In this document: piece by piece, positions 37,196 to 47,824 of the stretch
Position numbering within the stretch: the first letter of the stretch is position 1
How the letters are laid out: the number at the start of each line of letters is the position of its first letter
Source of the DNA: Octopus bimaculoides
Taxonomy: Eukaryota
Direction of reading: 5' to 3'
Assembly: GCF_001194135.2 (NCBI RefSeq)
Contig: NC_068984.1
Coordinates: 141,326,946-141,390,945 of the forward strand
Length of the DNA stretch: 64,000 bases
Notes under the pieces: generated by a model
What the model was told of the DNA's origin: nothing
Seen by the model: the letters and a program-made list of their open reading frames with translations, nothing else
The model's database searches: none
Program-made: the position numbers and the translations under genes

Positions 37196-39054
37196 TATAT
37201 ATATATATATGTGTGTGTGTGTTTCCCCCACCACTGCTTAACAGCAAACCATTTGGAGACACAGTATAAAACAAGGCTGTGTGTCTCAGAAGTTTACGGA
37301 TTCGTGTCCAGTCACTCTCTATTGTACCTTGGGCAAGTAAGTTTCCACCATAGCTTTGGTTCAATCCAAGCCTTGCAATTGAAATTAGTTTACTGGAAAC
37401 TGTGGAAGATTGATAGGGGCTGATTTCTGAGTGGTGGACCTATTCTATAACATGGTTTTAATGCCAGCACCCAACACTTGGGTACTTTTAACTGACTTCA
37501 GTGATTGATGTGAGGTTAATGCTTTCTTCCTTTCCTTCTTTGTAGGGACTTCCTTCCTTCTTTTCTCCCACCTATTATAGAGGCCCTGCCAACTAGTCAT
37601 GTCTGCTGTTGCCCTTTCTCCTACTTATACCTCTGCCACTAAAATAAAGTTCCTATTCTCTTAGCAATTAATATAGGTTAATAGGATTTTTTTTAGAAGT
37701 TTATAATTAAAAAAGCAAGTGACACACAAATTAATGACATGGTTTTTTTTTTCTGTTGTAAATTACTTTAATTTCACCCGTCCCTTCTGCAGTTTTATAG
37801 ACTGTGTAAACTTTTGTTTTTTGTTTTTTTTATACAAGACACAGGTTTGCTCTTTGTAAGATGTAAGATGTCTTAAGAAGGTTTAAGTGTCAGAACCACC
37901 ATTGCTAAAAAAAAACAAAAGGCCAATGAGTTGCATGGCCTGCCTGTAATAGCAGCTAAATCTTATTTGAATCTAACTCTGTTATCTAATAAAAAAAAAT
38001 ATGAGGATGCATTTGATAATGTAATCCTAGAGACGCTGTGTCTGAGATAAAGATGGGATAGACATGTAAGACCAAAGATGTGTTTGGTAACTTAGCAGTT
38101 CGGCAAAATAGATAGAATAAGTACTAGGCTTACAAAGAATAACTCCTGGGGTCAATTTGCTCGACTAAAGGCAGTGCTCCAGCATGGCCACAGTCAAATG
38201 ACTGAAACAAGTAAGCGAGTAAAGAGAGTATCTCTGATCCTTGTTGACGTGGGTGAAATTTGACCTCTCAGTTACAAAAGGATGTCATCAAACAAAACTC
38301 CATTTAAATATGTTCTTATATCAATATTATTTCCAAATTGTTAATTTTGATTATTCATGCATTTAGCTTTAATGTAGTAAATTCTAAAATATAAATTAGT
38401 AGTTCTCATTAATTTGGTTTGTTGTGAACCCATTCAATTAAAATTTGACATAGCTAAGTACTTATTTAGCTATTATTTTATGGTCTGACATTTTTGAACC
38501 AATTTTTCCTGGTATGGAAAGCTGTAGCCTCAGTATAATTGTTGTTGTTTTACTAGGGTCAACTTTGACCCAGCAAACTAACCTATTGATTAAGTGTATT
38601 CCAGCTATGACTTGTCATATCTGCCCCAAATAATCTGCCTGTCTTATATGTTCAAACTGATCCTGTCCAGCTTCTCACACCCAGCCAACAATGTCATTTT
38701 GAAATCAAACAGTCACCTCATTGAAACTTCAAAGCTATGATATAATGCATGATTAATTCAGAACAATGTGAATAAATGAGAGAAAGTTGAATGCTGAAGA
38801 GTTAAGAGATTAGACTTCTGTTTCTAGCTGGTTGAGCGACCACATACATAGAGGCTTCTTCATTGGTGGTTAGAGGAAATGGTAGAGTCTCTGTTTTAAG
38901 ATTACTGTGTGCAGTTAGTTAAAAGGTCAATGATTGTGTGTGTGTGTGTTTAGTCCACTTCCAGAATTGGTATATTGTATACAGAAAGGTCCTCTCTTCA
39001 TCAAACCTTCCACCCTTGCACTTCTTCCTCCCGTCTCTCCTCTTCAGTTTCCTT

Positions 39055-39516
39055 NNNNNNNNNNNNNNNNNNNNNNNNNNNNNNNNNNNNNNNNNNNNNN
39101 NNNNNNNNNNNNNNNNNNNNNNNNNNNNNNNNNNNNNNNNNNNNNNNNNNNNNNNNNNNNNNNNNNNNNNNNNNNNNNNNNNNNNNNNNNNNNNNNNNNN
39201 NNNNNNNNNNNNNNNNNNNNNNNNNNNNNNNNNNNNNNNNNNNNNNNNNNNNNNNNNNNNNNNNNNNNNNNNNNNNNNNNNNNNNNNNNNNNNNNNNNNN
39301 NNNNNNNNNNNNNNNNNNNNNNNNNNNNNNNNNNNNNNNNNNNNNNNNNNNNNNNNNNNNNNNNNNNNNNNNNNNNNNNNNNNNNNNNNNNNNNNNNNNN
39401 NNNNNNNNNNNNNNNNNNNNNNNNNNNNNNNNNNNNNNNNNNNNNNNNNNNNNNNNNNNNNNNNNNNNNNNNNNNNNNNNNNNNNNNNNNNNNNNNNNNN
39501 NNNNNNNNNNNNNNNN
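39055..39516. other. Assembly gap (largest N-run); others at about 6493, 10271, 19713, 24490, 28265, 43286, 54101 and 56330
   Basis: Runs of n in the sequence. Confidence 0.99.
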
Positions 39517-39569
<53 letters not shown>

Positions 39570-40933
39570 TATACACACATATATATATACACACATACAT
39601 ACACATACTTTTATGTGTTTTAGTATTGTTGTGAAATTAGGTTGATGGGAAGTAAAACGTGTGTATGTATGTATAGTTTCAGTTTGTTTTATGTATGCAC
39701 AGTATGTGTGTGTGTGTGTACATATAGTCTGCATGAGACTTGAAGCAATTTATCCAAATTGTGTATTTATTGTAGCACCAATACAACATGAGTTATGAAT
39801 ATATATTTATATATATATATATTGTGTGTGTTTGTGTGTACACAAATACCCACTCGCATTTCTTTTGGCATTGTTATAAAATTAGGTCTGTGGAGAGCCT
39901 ATTTCTGTGGCTAAGGCATGAGGTTAGACTTAACCAGTTTCATTGTTATGTAACAACTCATTTGGGAACTTCTAACGTCCCCTCTCCCACCCCAAACTCA
40001 CCACGTTGGTGCTTGAAGGTTTACACATGAAACTACATACAACAGCAACAGCAGTACTATATTTCCTTCATTACTTTCTGCCCTACCCTAACCCCCACTC
40101 TGACCCTCTCCCCCCTGTTTACCCCCATTAAACTCTCATTCCCGAAACGCTTTCTCTTCTGTTCTTCCTCTCTGTCACATTTCCTTTAATGAACGGCAGA
40201 CACATCATAGAGCGTCCCGACTCTTTAACTCTACAGGACAGACACAAAGGTGGTATGATTCTGGTGCCATGATAAAATGTACTTCATTCACCCTGTTAAA
40301 GGATAGCAAATGATCAGTGACAATGTAGGGGTTAGACGGGTGCACATAGTCTGTCAAAAAGCCAGGACTAACTCTCTGGGGGCCAGTGCCTTGATATTAT
40401 TCATCCAGTACACTCTGTGAAGTTGTTTAGGGTTAGGGTAATCCACTTGTAGAAACCCTGCCAATAATGAAACACTTTGAGTGGGATGTGGTCATTTAGG
40501 GCAGTGGTAACTCTGATTTCATAACTGATTCCCATTGTGATGGCCGGCCCCCTCTAACCCATGCCAGCATGGTTAATGGATGTGAAAATGAAGATGCGGC
40601 ACAAACTCTTTTATATAATGACAAAAGACTGAGGATTAAACAATAATTCCTATTGTGCCGATATTACATATTTGGTATTATTTATTCACCATTACACATG
40701 TTTCATTAGCTAATGGGAATCACAGAATTGTACATGTATAAACATGTAAAAAAAATTTGTACTAAAAATTCTTCATACCAAAAATCGATCAATATTATTG
40801 ATATATTTTGGGATGGTCATTTTTTTTTTTCATGCCAAATAATATTTTTTTTCCCAGTGTAAATGCAGTATGTATTTTATTTAAAGGATAAATTATGAAT
40901 TTCTGTTCTTTTTTTATTTTCTTTCTCTTGTAG

Positions 40934-41039
40934 GATGTTAGCTGCAATGAAATTTCTCGTTTACCAATTGAAATAGGAAAGTTGCCTCTACTTCGGAGAT
41001 TAAATGTTAGAAAAAATTTATTAGTAGAAATACCTCCAG
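40934..41039 (+). CDS. LRCH: LRCH-family protein, internal coding exon C (LRR); not in the ORF track
   Basis: Long T-rich tract plus TAG acceptor (AG 40932-40933) and GTAAGT donor at 41040; 106 nt, phase 0 to phase 1. Encodes DVSCNEISRLPIEIGKLPLLRRLNVRKNLLVEIPP (cf. LRCH DVSCNEITALPQQIGQLKSLRELNVRRNYLKVLP). Confidence 0.94.
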
Positions 41040-41316
41040 GTAAGTTAATTATTCATATTGTCTCTGGAACAACTGGGATTCTCCATTTGAACATCTTTTT
41101 CCATGGTTAAGACTAGTAGTTCTTAACACAGGAGTGACCAAGGGGAAGTACGTGTCAAGGGGAGTACTATGGGGAGGAAGGGGTGTTTAGAAGGATTGTG
41201 ATTCTTGTTAGAAATGAAGTGTTTTAACCAGGTGCAATATTTATAAATGTAAACATAGGTGCAAGAGTGGCTGTGTGGTAAGTAGCTTGCTTACCAACCA
41301 CATGCCAACCACTAGT

Positions 41317-41644
41317 TTAATGATAACTAAGTTATTTTACTAAATTCTTTGTTATATTTAAAATTAATTGAAAGAAACACAGAGCATCTCAACAGAAATA
41401 CAGTAACAAAAGGGTTAAGCTTGTGTTAGGAACATAAATTCTGACTAAGGTTTGGTGGAAGATTTTAATTCAAAACTTATGAAAACAAGACATTTGTACT
41501 ACAGAGCCAGAGGTGGTTTCAGCTGGGTTGGTAATGAAAAGGTTAATGACAACTAAGTTATTTTAGTAAATTCTTTGTTATATTTAAAATTAATTGAAAG
41601 AAACACAGAGCTTCTCAACATAAATATGCTAACAAAAGGGTTAA
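41317..41644. mobile_element. Rearranged piggyBac-like MITE P1 modules: [left-rev][right-fwd][left-rev], joined at TTAA
   Basis: TTAA at 41317, 41415, 41543 and 41641. The segments align to the two halves of 18106-18322. Confidence 0.75.
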
Positions 41645-43239
41645 GATGATTATCTTGGCTATCATCTGGCAGAATTGTGTGAAAGCGTCACGAAGTATGT
41701 CTACTTGTAACACTCAGTGTCAGAATGTCAACATTTTAGATGATAGTGGTGGTACTGGTAGTGGTGGAGGTGGTGCTGGTAACAATGGTGACTAGTGGTA
41801 GTAGTGATTGGTGGTGTTGTGGTGTAGAAAAAAAAAGAAAAAGAGAACATGCTTGTTCTTCTCCCATAAGTAGCACTTAGCTGCCCCACTGTCAACCCTG
41901 TTCTGTAGTGATCCTTTATTTAAATGCTTTCGACCTGTGACCATGCTATGTTTTTAGACGCATCCAGATTATCTAATATGGCAGGGTTTTTTTACAGTTG
42001 GTGCTAGGAAGGGTCTCTAGCTGTAAAAAACCCTGCCAAAACCGAGTAGCAGAGGGTAGTTTTTCTACCTGGCCAGCTTCTGTGAACTGTCCTACCCATG
42101 CATGCATGAAAGATGCATGTTAAACAGTGACGATGATGATGATGATGTGTTTTCCTTTTTTGGCCATAAGGTGTGATTTGAGGGAGGCGCTCTGAGTGAG
42201 GTTTGAACTTGTATCTGCTTGCACGGACCTGGTCAAGGCTTCTTGGTGGAAGAAGACTGGCTGTTGACTAGGTTTACTAATCTCTCTTCTTCATCATCGT
42301 CATCGTCGTTTAACATCTGCTTTCCACGCTGGCATGGGTTGGATGGTTTGACTGAGGACTGGCAAGCCAGAAGGCTGTACGAGCTCCAATCTGATTACAT
42401 TGACTCCAGTGTATAACTAGTACTTAATTTATCGACCCCGAAAGGACGAAAGGCAAAGTCGACCCTGACAGCATTTGAACTCAGAACGTGAAGACAGACA
42501 AAATACCACTAAGCATTTCGCCCGGTGTGCTAACGGCTCTACCAGCTTACCACCTTGTTATAGTAATAATGCCCTGATGCAGTACGAGGCAGTGGCTCTC
42601 ATGGCTTTTGATCTTGATTGGAAGTGCTATCAATACATTGTTTTGTCTTGGTATGAAAGAAGGGCTACAGCAAATATTCTGCTCAGTGCCACAGATTTGT
42701 TTGTCAGTTGCTTGACCTTTGGCGGCTGATGATATGTGCATCTCTGATCACGAGCAGAAATTATGGGGGAGCATCATAGCCATGTGTTGAGAGGAATTCT
42801 TTGGGATTTGAATAATTCACCTCTGGAAGCATGGGTGTTTCGTTCAAGATCCTTAAACAAACCTTATTCAGGGACCTTTTGAACAAGATGGGCTACTCAA
42901 CCTGAAAAAAATTCTAACTGGGCTTCTCAGACTGCAATTACTGGTATTATATTTTGTGTTTGAAGTTATGGATTGTTATAGAATAAAATTTGAAAATGAA
43001 ATCATAAAACGACTGGATTAAAATGATTGAGAGGCGGGGCAAAAAAGAAAAAAAAAAAAATGCATGCAAGCTCATCTTTTTATTTATTAATGTGTACAAC
43101 ATTTAGAAATAGCTATATAATGGAAACTGTAGATCTTTGATGTTCAACATTTATCTCACTTGCGGTGAATAAATAATTTGTTATTCCCTTGAAAACTATG
43201 CAGAGAACTGTTAAAACAAGCACATTGCTAACTGGCATG

Positions 43240-43270
<31 letters not shown>

Positions 43271-43442
43271 CATTGCTTGATCAATNNNNNNNNNNTGTAC
43301 AACATTTAGAAATAGCTATATAATGGAAACTGTAGATCTTTGATGTTCAACATTTATCTCACTTGCGGTGAATAAATAATTTGTTATTCCCTTGAAAACT
43401 ATGCAGAGAACTGTTAAAACAAGCACATTGCTAACTGGCATG

Positions 43443-43473
<31 letters not shown>

Positions 43474-43546
43474 CATTGCTTGATCAATATCTATGTGTTA
43501 GACTTTACTAGAAAATAGTTTGCCAACATGGAGGGCCTCTCTGCAG

Positions 43547-43597
<51 letters not shown>

Positions 43598-44611
43598 AAC
43601 ATTCAATGACCAGTTTATTCTTAATGACTCCATGCTAAACAGAAACCTTTAGAAATTCCCTCCTTGTCTACTACAGATAGTTGCTATTTAGTCAAAGTTC
43701 AACCCTGAATAAGCAGATAGGCTATGAAAGGCAATCTGGTCATGGCCATCCTGTCTTTTCAAACAATCTTTCTCAGACTACGTTATCAAATGTATCCTTA
43801 CCCCACTTTTTTTTTTTCTTTACAGACAGATTTTGTTGTTATTTCTAGCAGGTTTAGTGACTCTGTAGAGGCTCTCATTGACTTGCACTGCAAATAGTTT
43901 TCTTGCTAGGAGTGTTATCTCTAATTTTAAGCTCTTATCACCACCGCCACCACCATTACAATCAAGTAACATTTATATCTTTTACTGACATGAGTTAACC
44001 TGGCAAGCTGCAGTCCTGCCCCTTACATCTTAGCCTATCGTTTCATCTGACACAACATGGTGAGGTTTCCCTGTCTCTGAGAGGCACTCAGATATCTTGA
44101 TTGAAGTTCATGCTGTTACTACAAGCATTCAGGCCACACCTCTGGTTCCTCCACTGCCCACGTTTTCCCCTGCATGCTCAGGTTGGACATTAGTGGTATC
44201 AGTCAACTAAGCCAAGGAGAAGGGCCTGCAAAGATCACCCCTCCCCCCTTTTTTTTATTTACTAAGTTATTAGAAATGATGAAACTCTAACTACTTCATC
44301 CCACCTTCTCTATATAAAGTGCCAGCTACATCTGCCTTAATTCATCCTCTTCTCCCAGATACACCCTCTGTTCCCCTCTTCATCTCAACAGTATAGTTGT
44401 GTGGTGCTCTCTGTTACTGCTTTAAACCATCCTCTTCACTCAGGGTGCATCATCCAGTCACATTATATGAACGACATATGTACACATGACATCTACACTA
44501 CAGCGATATAGTTGTTGTTTAGTAAGCTGACGGGGTTGTGCCATGAGTTGGAAAGGTGAGGAAGGTAACGGAGGAGGGTGAAATGAAATGCATTAAAATA
44601 AAGTAAAACAA

Positions 44612-45270
44612 AAGCTCTTAAGGAGCGCAAACCTCCGCCAAGGCAACACCAACATCCTCTCAACGATTAGCCAGGGATAATTTTTAAAGTGAGAATATGG
44701 CATAGTGGTTAAGAGCACGGGCTACTAACCCCAAGATTCCGAGTTCGATTCCAGGCAGTGACATGAATAATAATGATGATGATGATGACGCCGCCGCCAA
44801 CATCATAGTCGAAAAATACCTTAGGAATGAGAACCCAGGTTTGAAATTTCCCCAAGACACTTGATGAAGGCTGGAGGGTATATCAGCCAAAATGTTATGT
44901 TAACAGCAAACAAGATGAGGATAAATATCTGTCAAATGTAAATAATATAAATAATGTACATAATTCCTCATCTCTTAAATATAGAACTGTATTATCTGAA
45001 ATAAACTCGACTGCTTTCACAAACAAGAATGCTAAAAATGAACCTGACCGCTCTAAAAAATTAAGTAAAAAAACAGGAAAAATAATCCAGAATCCTTGTC
45101 TGGTACCAGATTGATCCAAAAATCTAATGTTTGGCCAGTCACGAGGCCAAACATCCCTGAAAGTTTCATCCAAATCCATTCAGTGGTTCTGGAGTCATCT
45201 TGTCCATGGGCGAAGAAACAAACAAATGCGACTGAAAACAATACCTGTGCCTTCGTTAAGGTGGAGGTAA
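44612..45270 (-). mobile_element. Helentron-associated non-autonomous (HINE/DINE-1-like) element, interrupted by a nested SINE
   Basis: Subterminal ACCTCCGCC(AAGG) at 44631. A decayed palindrome ACCTGTGCCTT-CGTT-AAGGTGGAGGT at the other end, an (AAAC)n tract, and a small GCTC-TTAAG-GAGC hairpin at 44614-44626. Confidence 0.5.
44697..44990 (+). mobile_element. tRNA-headed short element with (AAT/GAT)n linker and a degenerate minimal hammerhead-like motif
   Basis: A box TGGCATAGTGG (44698-44708) and B box GAGTTCGATTCC (44741-44752). Motif ACAC TTGATGA A GGCTG-loop-CAGCC AAAA TG TT ATGT at 44857-44900. Confidence 0.65.
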
Positions 45271-45671
45271 TAAGATAAAATGAAATATGAGGTGGTTTAA
45301 TTTTTGTAAATAGATTTAGGGATACAAAAGTTTTTAAAGTTCATGGATGTAAGAGATTAGGGGTATATAAAAGGTTTACGGGTATTGAAGTGTATGTGAA
45401 AGTAGATAGGTAAATATATAGATAGACGTAGAGAAGGGTAGATCGATAGATAGATAGAGAGTCTGGGTAAATTGATGGATGTGGTTTAATGTTAGTCAAT
45501 GCCTTTCATAGCGAACCACTTCTCAACTGGAAAGAGAATATTCATTTTCAGAGACTGCAAAGTATACAAAGCACATGATGATGATGATGATGATGATGAT
45601 GGTTTGTGGAATGACTTAAGATGATAGGAAACTACCAATTTTCACAATTGTAGAGGGGGAGAGACTGTGAA

Positions 45672-45703
<32 letters not shown>

Positions 45704-46099
45704 AGGAGAAAGAGAGACCATCCTCAAACCCAGAATTTTTGTAGTAGGATCATCTCGGGAAGAAGATATCGCAAACAATACTGGGATGGGAAGTATATAG
45801 TTTTATATCTAGACATAAACATACAACACACACAATATATATATATATATGTATATATAGTATTGTAATGTGTCAGTTATATACTAAATTACATGGCAAC
45901 AGGCACAGGAAATATAGCTCAAATTTGTATTTAAATATAAAATCTGACCTAAGCCTACAACTACACAGTCATAAAGTATAGAAGCAACATGAATGGTATA
46001 AGGTTTCAATCCTGCATCTAGAAATACAGAGATGTGAGCAAAATGCTGTGTGTGTGTGTGTGTAATGTAGTAAGGCAAGTGTTAGCCATGACTACAGTG

Positions 46100-46450
46100 G
46101 TGAATTCATGCATTCATCAGGGCTTGGTCCTGAATCCCCTCCTATTCATCATTGTCCTCCTGGCCATAACAGAGGAATTTAAGACTGGCTACCCCTGGGA
46201 ACTACTATAGGCTGATGATCTTGCTCTGACTGTAGAATCTGTGAGAGAGTTCGAAAAGAAAATTCAGCACGGAAGCAAAACCTGGGATTGAAGGGTCTTA
46301 CGTTTAAGTTACCAAAGCAAGGAAACAAACAGGACCTTACCCACTTCAGACAAGGGGGTCCTGCTCGATATGTAGGAAAGGTGTGTGGTAGCCCTTTGAT
46401 TGTTCCTCTATCACACTTTAGGCTCTCAACATTGGCATAAAGCCACCTTC
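46100..46450 (+). mobile_element. Decayed RTE-clade reverse-transcriptase core fragment
   Basis: IHQGLVLNPLLFIIVLLAITEEFKTGYPWELL*ADDLALTVESV (QG..SPLLF and YADD motifs, with Y mutated to a stop), followed by a CSICRKG Cys-rich segment. Confidence 0.8.
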
Positions 46451-47607
46451 CCTTCACAAATGTTCCCTCCCCCAACTTAGTCTCACAGACACACACACAC
46501 ACACATTATATATATATATCTTTTAAATTGGTACACCAATTCATAAGAGAGTTGGTATTAGAAAGAGTACCTGCTTACAAAACACTGCCTCAAAATATCC
46601 CATCTTCCTTGTGTCCCTTTGGTAATGTAATGGTAATAATGTGTGTGTGTGTGTGTGTGTATTTATATAAAACATATTTCTGTAAGAATGTAGTTATATA
46701 ATGTTTGAATATATCTGTGATGTTACATTTGGCTCTCTCACTGGAATTCAGAGAGACAATGGTGTGTGGATAGAGGAAGTTGTGTGAAATTATGGTTACA
46801 ATGTACTTTTAGAAAATATTCAAATTAGATTTCTTGATAAGTTATTGGAAATTACACACATAGTTTTGCATCGTTTTGAGAGAGAACAAGACCATCACTA
46901 TTGGATATTATGAACTTATTATGTGGTAAGGTATATTAACCCTTTAGCATTTAATCTGGGATTAATTCAAACCAATGTCAATAATAAGCAATAGATTTGA
47001 CAAAGAAACCTGAATGTTAAAGAGTTAAGTTATTGAAATGTTGCCATGAATTTGAGCCAATACTTTTGGAAAACTCCTCTGTCCATTCCACCGAGGATGG
47101 GTGTGTGTGTTGGTGAGTTTTGTGATGTAAGATGAATGGAACATAATTTTTTTCAATACTGACAATTTTGTTTTTAATCCAAAGTAATTATAAATGTTTC
47201 CATGATGAGTGATGCAACAAGAGGCTATTGCTAAACTACTTGTCCTCTAGTGTTATTCTCAGAGATTCCATTGCTTGTTCTTCACAATTTAGTTGTTGTG
47301 AAGCAAGTGTAATGATCTGTCTTGCCCCAGGGTCTGCAGACACAGAGAATATGCTGCTTGCTTTGGTGTGCTTCAACCATACTTACGTAGCATATCTCCT
47401 CCAGTCCTGTTGTCTATCTCAAGTAGAACAATGAGTAGTTGAAGTAGCACTGCCTCCTGGCATTTTAGTGGGGGTGTGGCAGCTTCTTTTCTTCCTCCAC
47501 TGGTCTCAAAGATCATGGACACCATCTTGTCCCTGCTAACTAAACCTTAACAAACATAGCCAAACCATGACCAGTGTGGAGATCTGTAGCTAGATGAAAC
47601 TTTATTT

Positions 47608-47824
47608 CAGTGGTCTTCGACCGGTGTCCGTATAAGATTTTGTTGTTAAAATTTACATACAGTTAATTGATTCTACTTCAGCACACAAAATATTTCAATT
47701 TTTTTTATAGTATTCCTAATGATACATTTTTAATAAAAATACAGGGTAATTTTCAAATGGCTATGGGGGTCCAGTTGAGTAACAAGCATCAAAGGGATAG
47801 GCAAAAAATGGTTGAAAACCACTG
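47608..47824. mobile_element. hAT-type MITE
   Basis: TIRs CAGTGGTCTTCGACC / GGTTGAAAACCACTG and a degenerate 8-bp TSD CTTTATTT / CTTTAGAT. Related ends at 9676, 49043 and 63391. Confidence 0.7.

Noticed and set aside
38919-39734. ORFs of 186-271 aa in the track (also 24168-24806 and 54095-54433)
   Set aside because: They are open only because they cross N-gaps.
43093-43488. Exact 193-bp tandem duplication (43093-43285 and 43296-43488)
   Set aside because: The copies are identical, including the (TG)n length, and are separated by exactly 10 N. This is typical of overlapping contig ends left unmerged by scaffolding.
44697-44760. tRNA-like heads (also 25862, 9765 and the SINE A heads) as functional tRNA genes
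   Set aside because: They lack a closed acceptor stem and continue into repeat bodies, so they are SINE heads.
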